From the NCBI GenBank assembly GCA_043228905.1, contig JBHGNT010000003.1, positions 12,586,001 through 12,650,000 of the forward strand: DNA of 64,000 nucleotides, in the 5' to 3' direction. Shown piece by piece: positions 22,201-34,715 of this stretch (position 1 is the first letter of the stretch; every line of letters begins with the position of its first letter). The DNA is from Azolla caroliniana (taxonomy: Eukaryota; Plantae; Polypodiophyta). A model generated the notes under the pieces. It saw only the letters and a program-made list of their open reading frames with translations, was not told the DNA's origin and searched no databases. A program made the translations under genes and the position numbers.

Positions 22201-25083
22201 CTCTGCCGTGCTCTCCCCGCGCAAGGAACCGAAGAGGCAGTTCATGTGCAAGGAGAAGGGGAAGAAGAAGATGTCGGAATACGAAACCGGAAACGTTGAG
22301 TCAGATCAGAGCGAATCCAACTCCGGAAAGGATGAAGGCGGATCTTTGGGAACGAAGTCTGAACCGGCCAAGAAGGGCCCCAAACCGGGTAACGACAAGT
22401 TACGTTGGTCTTCCCGCCTGAAGAACCCCGTTACATGGTATGGGTACAATGAGTACATGGCGCATGACTATGTGTACATGACCAAAGTGACGGAAGTGTG
22501 TGAACCGGAGAGCTACGCAAAAGTGGCAAAGGACGCAAATTGGCGTGCCGCTATGGAGGAAGAAATGCGGGCACTCGATGCCAACGACACATGGGACCTC
22601 GTTGATCCTCCCCGACATTGTAAACCAATCGGTTGCAAATGGGTGTACAAGGTAAAGTACAATGTTGACGGTTCGGTTAACCGGTACAAGGCCCGGATAG
22701 TCGCGAAGGGATACGCACACACCCACGGAATCGACTATGATGAAATATTCGCTCCGGTAGCGAAGATGACAATGGTTCGTATGGTACTGGCAAATGCTGC
22801 GGCAAGGGGGTGGCATCTTCTCCAAATGGACGTGAAGAATGTGTTTCTTCAAGGTGACCTTGAAGATCAGGTCTATATGATCCAGCCTCCCAGATTTCAG
22901 CTGGAGATGAACAAGTTGGCGGTGGCGGGCTTAAGAAGTTGCTTTACGGTCTGAAACAAGCTCATCGAGCTTGGAATGCGAATATCACGCACCGGTTGCG
23001 TAAGATGGGGTTTGTGACCTCTAAATCAAACTCATCGTTGTTCTTCCCGCAAGGTTCGGATGGTCCGGTTTGCATCCTACTTTATGTTGATGATTTAGTC
23101 ATCACTGGACCCGGACTCAATGAAATTGGTTGAGTAAAGTCCTAGTTGTCAGACGCATTTGAAATGAAGGACCTGTGGGACCTTAATTATTTTCTTGGGA
23201 TCGAGGTGGTTCGAACCCCCGATGGCATATTGGTCTCACAACGACACTATGTGTTGAATATGCTGTACAAGTTCGGCATGACAGAATGCCGACCTGTCTC
23301 CACACCCCTAGACCGGAACTAGAAGCTTTATCCCAACTCCGGACCAACCTGCGATGAGAAATGGTTCCAACAAGTTGTCGAAAGCATGATATACTTGACA
23401 ATCACTCGACCCAACATTAGTTATTCGGTCAGTGTGATCAGCCAATTCATGCAGAAGCCAACCGTGGAGCACCTTCAGTGCGCACATCGAATATTGCGGT
23501 ATTGGAGCGACACGAAGGACCAGGGACTGTTATACCGGCATGGTATAATCGAAGATCTCGTCGGATATACAGATGCCGACTGGGGCAGTGATGCATCGGG
23601 TCGCCGATCCAACTCTGGTTACATGTTTTCTCTAGGTAGCGTGACTGTTGGGTGGAGCAGCAAAAAGTAGCCAATAGTGGCTCTGTCGAGCACTGAGGCT
23701 GAGTATCAGGGCACTACCAATGCAACCTGTGAAGCCATTTGGCTTCGGAGACTGCTATGAGATCTCCAGATTGAGGTGCCGACCCCGATCCTAATCTACT
23801 GCGACACATGAGCAGCATACAGCTCGCCAAGAACCCCGTGTTCCATGCTCGGACGAAGCACATAGAAGTCCACTATCACTTTGTGCGTGAGAGGGTTTTG
23901 AGTGGTGAAGTTGAACTTCGGTATGTTCAGACGGATCGGCAAGTTGCCGATATCTTCACCAAACCACTCGGATCGGACAAGTTACAACACTTCAACAAAA
24001 TTCTTGGTGTTCAACATCTCGACGTGCCGCACTTGAGGAGGAGAAAAGGAAAGGGAAAGGATGGCACTGGACAAGGAGCCAGAGAGGAAGAAAGAACCAA
24101 CAAAAGGGGAGACAAGAGGAATAAGGAAGTCGAGTCGACGAAGGAAGTCGGCACATCCGAACAAGTCGGAACGAGCGGTAGTGGCGACAGAGTCAAGAAG
24201 GATAGAGCTGACGAGGAGGAGAAGGCCAAGACCCGGACATGGTCTGATATGGTGAAGGGCCTGAAACCGGAAGACGAGTTGGAGAACACCGACTCGGACA
24301 AGAGCTAGAACGAATCGAAGGAAACCGATTCGGTTCAAGATTCGGAGAAGCCAGATAAACTAAAGGCCAAGCGGACATGGACGCAATGGAAGTCGACGCC
24401 AACACGAAGGAACTGACGGGTCGACAAGCGCCGGAGTCGCAGCAGTGAAGGAGCTGAAATGGGTCTATTGAACAGACAAGCAAGCCGACTGAGGAGGTCG
24501 AGGCGCGTAGTACCGATCAAGTCGCAGGAAGTGGAACCAGACCGGACGAGGAGCGCAAGGAAGGCGTGACGACACCAGAAGGAGTTAGGTGGAAGGACCG
24601 GTTGCCACAGATACTAACACCATGATCCGACCTCAAGTTGAGCTTGAGGGGGAGTGTTGAGCAAGCAAGCTCAACTGGATCCGGATCGGCTGAAGAAGCA
24701 TAAGTCGGATCGACATTCGGAAGGATGAGCCGGATCGGGGAGACGGATCAGAGAGCCAGATTCGAGCGGGAACCGGAAGCCTAGTAGTAGCCTAGACTAC
24801 TAGGTAATCATTGTCTCGTAGTTAGTGTCAATCGCACGTAGGAATATTGAAGTACCCGTCAATACTTCTGTCAGTCCTTTATGGACTTGTATAAATAGTG
24901 ATGTTTAGCACGTTGTACGTACAGAGTTGTAGAGTTATTTTGAGAAATGTTTACGTTCTGCTCTCTTTGTCTCTCCAGTGTATACTCTGTGTGTGTATTA
25001 AACTTCTCCATTAAACCTCTTCTTCTCTATTGCTATCCGGTGGAGCCGGTTCTGTCTAACACTTCTACACGTTTACATTTACA
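19219..25083 (+). mobile_element. Full-length degenerate Ty1/copia (family B)
   Basis: LTRs 19219-19646 and 24655-25083, TSD GGGGG, PBS TGGTATCAGAG 19647-19657, PPT before 24655. Confidence 0.95.
19741..24308 (+). pseudogene. Copia gag-pol pseudogene with charged C-terminal extension
   Basis: NYASW, CWYCG, DVWGP, CKWVYK, LYVDD, HARTKHIEVHYHF; many stops and frameshifts. Confidence 0.92.
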
Positions 25084-25148
25084 GGGGGTGGTGATGATGG
25101 GAGGTGGGAGTTGTTGGTGGATCATGAGGCGGGTGAGGGGGTGGTTGA

Positions 25149-25428
25149 TGACGAGAAAAATGCGGAATAATCTCCGGCAACAACCGAAGGGAAATCACTT
25201 GATACAATCGAACACAGAAGAAATAGGAATGGAGGTAAGTGCACGAACAGAAAAGAGAGAATGCACAGGATGTTAACGTGGAAAACCCTGAGAGGGAAAA
25301 ACCACAGGAGTCCACAGACTCCAAACTATCACTATATCAAGATTACAACAATGGGGCATAGAGGCAACAACCTCTTGCTCCCTCTCTTAGCCTCGCGGCG
25401 ATTACAACAGAGACACGATCACTGTGTG

Positions 25429-25468
<40 letters not shown>

Positions 25469-28400
25469 GCACTGTACAGGAGTTACAACAACTCACACAC
25501 TAAGTTTGCCCTAAGTCATATTTATCGGCTATTTACAAATATAGCCCCAATGGACTCTCAGAAACACATTTACGAATATGTCCCTTAATCCGGTGAGCAC
25601 TCCTCACCGGGCCTGGATCATCCGGCTCTTGTCGGGCACTCGTCATCCGGTTCTCACCAGGCCTTCACCATCCGGCTCTTGCCGGGCACTCGTCATCCGG
25701 TTCTCACCGGGTCTTCACCATCCGGCTCTTGCCGGGCACTCCACATCCGGTTTTCACCGGGTCTTCCGTTGCCGGGTACTCCTATCCCATCCGGAGGGAT
25801 CTGTTTCCTAACAAACTCCCCCTTCACTCTGGCATGGGATGTCTTACTAGTCCGATCCGCTTCCGACATGCATCCAACTTGTCGGGTATTAGCACTTTGG
25901 TCAGCATATCTGACCCGTTTTCGGCCGTGTGGATCTTCATCAGCGCGAACTCTCGATCTTCTACTCGCTCCCAGATCCAGTGATACCTACGCTGGATGTG
26001 CTTCGTCTTGGAATGGTACACTGCGTTCTTAGCAAGGTGGATGGCACTTTGACTGTCGCAATAGAGCCGATATTCACCTTGCCAGATACTGAGCTCTCCG
26101 ATGAAGTTTTTCATCCATAATATTTCCTTGCCGGCTTCCACAACCGCCATGTACTCCGCCTCCGTGGTTGACAACGCAACCGTCTTCTACAACCTCGACT
26201 GCCACGAAACAACTCCCCCTACATATGTCATTACATACCCGGATGAAGACCGGTTGGTATCCACATCAGCCGACATATCTGAATCGGTAAAACCATCAAG
26301 TTGAGGTTTACCGGAGCCGAATCGGAGACACATATTCGAAGTGCCCTTCAAGTACAAGAGTATCCATTTGACCGCGTTCCAGTGCTTCTTGCCAGGATTG
26401 CTCATAAACCGGCTCACCACTCCGACTGCATATCCAATATCCGATCGAGTACAACCATTGCGTACATTAAGCTCCCAACGACAAAGGCATATGGAACCTT
26501 CATCATATCCGCCTTCTCTGCTTTCGTCTTCAGGCTTTGCTTACCGGATAATTTGCAGTTTGCCGGGAGTGTCGATCCGACCGGTTTCGCTTCTAACATG
26601 TTGAACCGCTGAAGCACCTTTGTCACGTATTTCTCCTGTGACAGCCACAATTGCTTCTTTGACCGGTCCCGGATGATGTGCATCCCCAACATCTATCTTG
26701 CCGGACCCAAGTCTTTCATTGAGAAAGTTCGGTTGAGAGCCTTCTTCAACATCCATACTTTGACTTGGTCTCGTCCGATGATCAACATGTTGTCCACGTA
26801 CAGAAGGAGTATCAGGAAGTCGCCTCCTTCGAACTTCTTCACAAACACGCAGTGATCGGCCTGCGTCTTGTGGTACCCTTGATCGATCATGAAGGAGTCG
26901 AACTTCCGGTACCATTGTCGAGGAGCTTGCTTCAGTCCGTACAGGCTCTTCTTCAACCGGCAAACTAGGTGCTCCTTCCCTTTCTCCACGAATCCTTCCG
27001 GTTGCTGCATGTAGATCTCCTCTTCGAGGTCACCGTGAAGGAATGTCGTCTTCACGTCTAGCTGCTCTACCTCGAGGTCCATACTTGCCGCTATACTTAG
27101 CACCGTCCGGATGGAGGTCATCTTTACTACCAGGGCAAATATCTCGTCGAAGTCCACGCCCTTCTTCTGCTGGAACCCCTTCACCACGATCCTAGCTTTG
27201 TATCTCGGGGGGTTGCCGACATCTCCTAATTTCAACTTGTACACCCACTTATTTCGGAGTGCCCGCTTTTCTTTTGGCAACTCCACCAATTCGTACGTAT
27301 GGTTCTCATGGAGGGAATCTATCTCATCCTGCATGGCACTTAACCATTTGCGGCTGTGGGTGTCATCCTTCGCTTCTTCAAAGCTTTCTGGCTCCCCCTC
27401 ATCGGTCAGTAGCACATGCTCTGCGTCCGGAAATCTTCGGGGGGGCCTTCTCTCTCTGAGAGGATATCTCCGTCTTTGACCTTCGGCAACCGGCTCCACT
27501 ATTTGTTCTTCATCCGAATCCGATTCGGGTTCTTGGCCGGTTCCAGTTTCACCTATTCCTTCTTCTTCGGCCTGTCTTGTCTCCTTACTGTCACCGGCCG
27601 GTTCGTCCAGTGCTAACCGGTCTCTTGCCGGTTGGGTCTGCTCATCGTAGAATTGATCCTTACCGGTCGATTCGGAGTTCATTATCTTCTTCTCCGACTC
27701 CCAGTCGGCGAGTGTCTTATCCTCCATGAAGATAATATCCCGACTCCGGAATACTTTCTGGTTGACCGGGTCCCACACTCGGTAGCCAAACTCATCGTTG
27801 CCGTAACCGAGGAATATGCATGGCTGGGTCTTTGGATCTAACTTTCCTCTTCGGTCCTTAGCTACATGCACGTATGCAAGACACCCGAATACCTTCAGAT
27901 GCCGGTTCCAGTTTCACCTATTCCTTCTTCTTCGGCCTGTCTTGTCTCCTTACTGTCACCGGCCGGTTCGTCCAGTGCTAACCGGTCTCTTGCCGGTTGG
28001 GTCTGCTCATCGTAGAATTGATCCTTACCGGTCGATTCGGAGTTCATTATCTTCTTCTCCGACTCCCAGTCGGCGAGTGTCTTATCCTCCATGAAGATAA
28101 TATCCCGACTCCGGAATACTTTCTGGTTGACCGGGTCCCACACTCGGTAGCCAAACTCATCGTTGCCGTAACCGAGGAATATGCATGGCTGGGTCTTTGG
28201 ATCTAACTTTCCTCTTCGGTCCTTAGCTACATGCACGTATGCAAGACACCCGAATACCTTCAGATGCCGGTAGGACACTTTCTTACCGGTCCAAACTCTC
28301 TGTGGCGTGTCTCCGTCCAAGGGTACTGAGGGTGATCTGTTTATCAGATATGTCACCGTCGATAGTGCTTCAACCCAAAACTTCTTGGGTAGTTTTGCAT

Positions 28401-30877
28401 GCGCTAGCATACTCCGAACCCTCTCCATTATGGTCTGGTTCATCCTCTCAGCCAGCCCGTTTAGTTCCGGCGTCTTCGGCACGGTAAATTCGAGCCGGAT
28501 TCCCTTCGAGCGACAGTACTCCTCGAACTGCCCCCGGTATTCACCTCCGTTATCTGCTTGAACCGCCTTCAGCTTTCGGGCCGGTTTCTCTTTCCACTCT
28601 CGTGTGGAGCTCTTTGAAGACGGATAGCACCTGATCCTTCGTCTTCAACGGTGTGGCCCACAACTTCTGGCTGTGGTCATCTATGAACGTCACGAAGTAC
28701 TGCGATCCTGCATGTGACTTTGTGTCCACTTGACACACATCAGTATGCACCAACTCCAGTGGTGCATTACGTCTCATCGGTGGCCTCGATCGGAAGGAGG
28801 TCCGATTTTGTTTACCAGCCAGACTATCAGTTCACTTCTCCAAGTGCACGTTCTTCACTGGAATGAGGTTGTTGTTTGCAAGCCTCTTCATCCCCTTCTC
28901 GCTCATGTGACACAACCTCTTGTGCCACAACTCACCAGCAGTGTCGGAAGCCGCGTTCACTTCCTCCGGACATAACCGGGCATTCATCAAGTACAACGTG
29001 TTGACCTTCTGGGCCCAAGCCACAATCAGGCTCCCTTTGCTGAACTTCATAACACCATTCCGGATGCTACCCGTGTAGCCTTCATCATCTAGCTGACCGA
29101 CTGATATCAGGTTCAGACGAACCTCCGGTACGTGTCAGACATCCTTCAGCAATAGCTTGCATCCGGTTGGTGTTGGCAACCACACATCTCCTAAGCCGAC
29201 AATTCGGCATGTACCTTCATTCCCCATCCGGACACAGCCGTGATCATCGGCTGAGTAGGATGAGAAGCATTTCCGGTCCAGGGTAAGGTGGAATGATGCT
29301 CCAAAATCGACCACCCAAGTCATCTCGTCGTCGGCAAGGTTTATCTCACTCTCCTCGGTGATGAGCATCAACTCTTCTTCACTTGCCGCGATTGCCGTCG
29401 TTCCCTTCCGGTCCGTTCCCTTCTGGTCTTTACCGTTCCAGTCTGGTGTCCTCTTCGAATCGGTACCATCGGTTTCCTTGTCTTTTCGTAAGTGCCGACA
29501 GTTCTTCTGGAAGTGTCCCGGCTTGCCGCAATAGAAGCAGGTAGGCCTCCCCCTTGACTTTGACCGTGTCCCCGACTTTTCCCGGTTCTGGGGACTACGG
29601 TTCCTTTGTCTTCCGCGTTCCAATTTGGTAAGGAGTGCTTTGGAGTCGGAGCTCGTATCCTTATCTTTCCGATGCGCCTCTTCATCTAGCAAGCTCGACT
29701 TCACTCTTGCTAGGGATAACCGTTTTCCTTCCAGCCCGGCGTTGCCCAAAGTGACAACCAACGTCTCCCAGCTATCTGGGAGGGAACCGAGCAGGAGTAG
29801 TGCTAGTACCTCATCGGCGAGAGGTACTTCCAATGATGTTGCCTGGTGGATCAGCCCCTGGAAGGCATTCATGTGCTCCGCCATGCTGGAGCCATCTTGG
29901 TACCCGAGTCTTACTAGCTTCCGAAATACCGAAACCTGATGAACAACATTTTTGTTTTGAAACATAATGCCAATCTTCTCCCAGAGCTCATGAGCCTTGT
30001 TCTCTTCATTGAAGTTGTTGTATAGACTCATGTTGATGAAGCACTGTATGTACGCCGTTGTCTTCATGTGCATCACCTCCCATATCGTGGCATCGATTTT
30101 GTCCGGTCTCTTGTCCCCGAACTGAACCAACAACCAAAGATCTTTAACCACGAGCATGTCCCTCATCTTCGACTTCCACACTGAGTAATTGGAGCCGGTG
30201 AGCTTGAACATGCCTCCCAATGAATCGTCCATTTTTCTTGGTTGTTTCGCTCTGATACCACTTTGACGAGAAAAACGCGGAATAATCTCCGACAACAACC
30301 GAAGGGAAATCACTTGATACAATCGAACACAGAAGAAATAGGAATGGAGGTAAGTGCATGAACAAAAAAGAAAGAATGCACAGGATGTTAACGTGGAAAA
30401 CCCTGAGAGGGAAAAACCACGGGAGCCCACAGATTCCAAACTATCACTATATCAAGATTACAACAATGGGGCACAGAGGCAACGACCTCTTGCTCCCTCT
30501 CTTCGCCTCGTGGTGGTCACAGCAGAGACACGATCACTGTGTGTCGCTCTCTCTCTCTCTCTCTTACGCACTGTACAAGAGTTACAACAACTCAGACACT
30601 AAGTTTGCCCTAAGTCATATTTATACTAATATGACTTTTCGGCTATTTACAAATATAGCCCCAATGGACTCTCAGAAACATATTTATGAATATGTCCCTT
30701 CATCCGGTGAGCACTCCTCACTGGGCCTGCATCATCCGGCTCTTGTCGGGCACTCGTCATCCGGTTCTCACCGGGTCTTCACCATCCGGCTCTTGCCGGG
30801 CACTCCACATCCGGTTCTCACCGGGTCTTCCATTGCCGGGTACTCCTATCCCATCTAGAGGGATCTGTTTCCTAACA
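25149..30877 (-). mobile_element. Full-length degenerate Ty1/copia (family A relative)
   Basis: LTRs 25149-25813 and 30264-30877, TSD GTTGA, PBS 30249-30260, PPT ~25816-25826. Confidence 0.95.
25824..30232 (-). pseudogene. Copia gag-pol pseudogene with 365 bp internal tandem duplication
   Basis: Fragmented ORFs MDDSLGG.., CFYCGKPGH, HTDVC, LYVDN, HSKTKHIQ. Confidence 0.92.
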
Positions 30878-31378
30878 GTTGAAAGGAAGGGCTTTGCGGA
30901 GTATGGCGTCCGTGAATGCGCGACCCGGGTGTGTGACGACCCTTGTGTGTAGCAAGAAAGGATCAACTAGTGGGGAGGTGGGATATGTGGGTGGTGGGGG
31001 GGAGTGTGGTTGGGCAAGGGGTGGTGTGCGGAAGGGGTTGCAGCCGAACATGGGGTGAGCATGATTGGGTACGTGGTGTTCCTTGAGGTGTGGGGGGGCA
31101 GGGGGGAAGTGTTGAGGAGGGGGGAAGGTGGCGGTGAGGATGGGGTGTGGTGTGGGGGTGGGGGTGGGGGTGGGTGGTGGTTGGTATCATCGGGTGAGTC
31201 AGGGTCCCACTCTGAGTTGACAACGGTTGGTGAGTGGGTGGGATTCGGGTGTAGTAGCGCACGTGTGCGGGCCTTGTCAAAAGACATAAGCTGGTACTTA
31301 CGAGAGATGTCGAGGTAGAGGTCTAACCCTTGTGAGTCGTCTGCCTCAAGTTCTATGGGCTAGTTGAATGCGGCACAT

Positions 31379-32587
31379 TCAATACTTAATATGTGGGCAT
31401 GGGCCGCAACGTTGCAGGCATTCTGCCAAGCGCAGATTAACCAAAGGAACATAGGCTGTAGCGCTGTCAAGTGTGGCACGGGCTAGGGTGTCTACAATTT
31501 GGTGTAGGTGCACAAGTGTGGTGGACAGGTGGGCCAATTGGTCCTCGTTTACTTGCATCGTGACATCAGAAGGGTAAGCAAAGCATACCAAGTCAGTGAC
31601 GTCTAAGTCTGGTGCGATGGCTGTATGAAGGTAGGATATGCCTTCAAGAAACAAAGCGGGGAGGGGTTTGAGGAAGAGGTCACATGTCGGTGGTGGGGGG
31701 TCATCTATGAACTCTGCCGGGTACAACATAAATAGTGTTTTGGCATGGTTGTCTTCCGGGAGCACACGGACGAACGCCATCCAATAAGGGGGGGTTGGTT
31801 CGTCAAAGAACACGCGATGTGTAGTTGCTAATGACCGAAGCATGCATGTGGCATGCGTGAGAAGGTTTCGTGGCGTACGTGGTGTGTTGAAGAGTTCAGA
31901 GAGTTGGGATGTCGAGGTGACGCACACCAAGAGCGTGCGAGTCCTGTTCGGGGGAACACGCGGAGTGGACGGGGTGGTTGAGACGGTGGAGGTATCGTGC
32001 GTGACTAGGAGGAGGGCGTGCACGAGGGCGGCCTTGGTCATACGAAGTTGGGCGATGTCTTTCTCGAGCTCGGTGCAATGGCGACAATGTTGAATGAGGA
32101 GGCAATGATTCCTCTCGTTTGCGGCCTCCACTTGTTGAAACATAGCATTGTTTTCAGTTTTGAGTGCGGTAATCTCATTTGTGAGTATGTGATTCGTGGC
32201 CACGACATTGGCCAAGGCCTCAAACCTTGCACAAAGGTCAACAATCACAACCGCAAGTTGTGTTTCAGTTAGTTGGTGTTCTGTGGTGAGACACACGTAC
32301 TCAACAAAGAGTTTGGTGTGGGCTTGCGCTGCTTGTGCTTGGTCGTGTTGCCACGTTGTCTGGGTTCGGTGGAGCTCTTCGGTGTGTTCGTGGCGTTGGG
32401 TTTGTTCAACAAGTAGTTCCGTCTTGAGGAGGTTGAAGGCAACAACTTGGCACGTGTTGGTATGATGGGCATGCCGTACATCCGCGACTAAGACTTCGTT
32501 CCTTTTGTGGGCCTCCTCCTGTTCGGTGGCTATTTGTTGGGCACACACGTGGACTTGGAGGAGGCGTCGATGCATGATGGAATTCAT
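31379..32587 (-). CDS. Extra gypsy ORF, coiled-coil protein of unknown function
   Basis: 402 aa open frame, heptad-like E/Q/L-rich N-half. Confidence 0.55.
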   Translation of the reverse strand: MNSIMHRRLLQVHVCAQQIATEQEEAHKRNEVLVADVRHAHHTNTCQVVAFNLLKTELLVEQTQRHEHTEELHRTQTTWQHDQAQAAQAHTKLFVEYVCLTTEHQLTETQLAVVIVDLCARFEALANVVATNHILTNEITALKTENNAMFQQVEAANERNHCLLIQHCRHCTELEKDIAQLRMTKAALVHALLLVTHDTSTVSTTPSTPRVPPNRTRTLLVCVTSTSQLSELFNTPRTPRNLLTHATCMLRSLATTHRVFFDEPTPPYWMAFVRVLPEDNHAKTLFMLYPAEFIDDPPPPTCDLFLKPLPALFLEGISYLHTAIAPDLDVTDLVCFAYPSDVTMQVNEDQLAHLSTTLVHLHQIVDTLARATLDSATAYVPLVNLRLAECLQRCGPCPHIKY

Positions 32588-33304
32588 CTTGAGGATTTAT
32601 GTCACCATATCGTGTAAGGGTTTGGGGGTGGCGGAGTGTGTCACGATAGTGTGGGCGATTGTGGTGGTGGTGGGGTGGGAGTTGGGAATGGGGGTTGGTA
32701 TGGGTCTGGCTGGAGGTGGTGGTCAAGGTGGTATCGGGAGGTGGTTGGGGGCCAACATACGAGAGTGGAGACTATGCGGGGTGAGGGTTCTCGGGAGAAG
32801 GAAGCAGGGTTTCGAGTTCCCTATCGTCGACGGAAGGTGGGTTGGGGCGAGCGATTTTATGGTATCAAGTTTGCGGAATGTCGGCGGTAAGCATGGGAGG
32901 GGATGGTTGGGTGGTTGTGCCAAGTGGGGATGGCTGGGTTTCATTGTGAAGAGAGGTTGTCGAGGTAAGTCCATCGAGTCCTGAGGGATGTGGAGGATCG
33001 TTTTGGTGGTGCAACTACGTCTACGAGTGGTCATGGCCCTGGTATGATGGGAGACGTGATAGAACGTCGACGAAAATTCTTGGATCTCCACGGGTGTGAA
33101 TTCGCGTGTCTGGAGTGCTTTTGAGCGTAGAGGGATATCCTCGGCGATGTCGAGGGTATCCTCAACCGCCACGTGGGTGATTTGTGGTTGCTTGTGTGCT
33201 GGCGGGCGATCACGCTGGCCTTGGTGCCCTTGTCTTAAGAAGTCACGTTCCTGAATGCGGAGGCACTCGGTCTGACCCTGTATGGCTACCATGCGGCATC
33301 GTTC

Positions 33305-34084
33305 CTAGCAACGTATGAAAGGGGGGGTTGGAGGCCCAATATTGAACTTTGGACACAAGTAACGGGTGAGGAACCACGCGAAATTGGTTACTGATTTGGG
33401 TCGTGTTTGCCGTTCTTTGACACGTTGAATGAACTCGTGGGCCCACATGACCAGGTGAGGATTGTGTCCCCACTTGATAAACTCTCCGGTGATGTGGGAG
33501 ATGGCGTCTGTGGAAGTGGTGTCACCGATCTGAGCGATGGCGCTACAACGGCCGTGGAGGGGAAGGGGGATTTTGGTGAAACGCCAACCTTTTCGTCCAA
33601 AATACTTGGTGTAGGTTGCGGCTATGATGGTGGGGACAACGCCGGGGGACCTTGTTGTTCGAAAGGGAGTGCCGTCAACTGGTAATTGGAGTGTAGATAA
33701 AACGTTAGCTACGTTGAACTCGAACTTGATAAGGGCAACATCTGCGAAGGCTTGCATACGAATATGACTGCTATTGGGGTTGTACCCGGTTAGGAACCTA
33801 TTGACTAATTCAGGGAAGACACCCGAAGGGCCAATCCCAAGGAAAAACTTGAGGCCGAGCCATGAAAGGGCGCTAAAGACATCAGGCTCTAGGTACTTGA
33901 GTTGCGTGGTTGCAGTGGGTACCCGGTAGGTACATCGAGTGTTGTTGAACTCATCTTGAACTGCCAAAGAGCCACAACCAGTGTCAGGGAAATATGCGTG
34001 GAGAAGCTTGGTAAATGAGGTAGCCGCTATCTGGGTGGGGTGTTTGGTTGATGTGCGGAGTCGTTGAGTGTTTCGTGCGATCAT
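33305..34084 (-). CDS. Extra gypsy ORF, resembles plant-mobile-domain / Transposase_32-type proteins
   Basis: 259 aa; LGLKFFL..VFPELVNRFL resembles the Y/F-P-E-L-V-x-E/R-F motif. Confidence 0.5.
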   Translation of the reverse strand: MIARNTQRLRTSTKHPTQIAATSFTKLLHAYFPDTGCGSLAVQDEFNNTRCTYRVPTATTQLKYLEPDVFSALSWLGLKFFLGIGPSGVFPELVNRFLTGYNPNSSHIRMQAFADVALIKFEFNVANVLSTLQLPVDGTPFRTTRSPGVVPTIIAATYTKYFGRKGWRFTKIPLPLHGRCSAIAQIGDTTSTDAISHITGEFIKWGHNPHLVMWAHEFIQRVKERQTRPKSVTNFAWFLTRYLCPKFNIGPPTPPFIRC

Positions 34085-34449
34085 GGTGTGTTCGCGGGTG
34101 GGGAGCCAAATTCGTTTAGGGGCCTAGAATCGGGTGGCACCTTTGTGCCAACCTTGGGCATTTGTGAGCTCTTTTCGGACTCGCCAAACAGTACGTTCCC
34201 CTCGGCGTGGCCCTTCAGCGAAAGTTGCATGGACGTTCACCCACTTATGCGGCGTGCCTTTCCTTCCTCCGATGTTGGCATTGCTTTGATCTTGGGTGAT
34301 TGGTGGTTGTGGGAGTTCTTATTGTTTGGACGTTGTCATGGTTTGGGGTTTGTTGAGATTGGTTGGAGGTGGTTGGGTTGTTGTTGCGACGAGTTTTTCT
34401 AACTTCAGACCATTCATAGTTTGGAAGGAGACGGTGTTCTTGCTTGGTG

Positions 34450-34715
34450 ATAGTAGACAAGCACTCATGTGACACCAATCCAAACCGAGGAGGCAAGGTG
34501 TATACAACACTTTTGGTGGAAGGATCCGAACTCGAATTGAATGGGCGCTATATTGTGTCTTGATTGCGCACTCGAAGGTTCCGAGGCAGCCTGGTGTGGA
34601 GCCATCGAAGCCAAGGAAGTTGTCGTGTCACAGTTCGAGGTTTGGGAACCCTAGATGTTCCCATGTTTCAAAGGAGAAGAGGGTTAGTGAGGCTCCAGTG
34701 TCGATTATTGCTTCG
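34450..34715 (-). pseudogene. Second retropepsin-like aspartic protease domain after integrase
   Basis: AIIDTGASLTLFS (DTGAS 34688-34702)..LGFDGS..CLLGLDWC, in the integrase frame, one internal TGA. Confidence 0.75.

Noticed and set aside
30963-31318. Extensin-like Pro/His-rich host gene
   Set aside because: Low-complexity, strand-biased tract inside the gypsy 3' region
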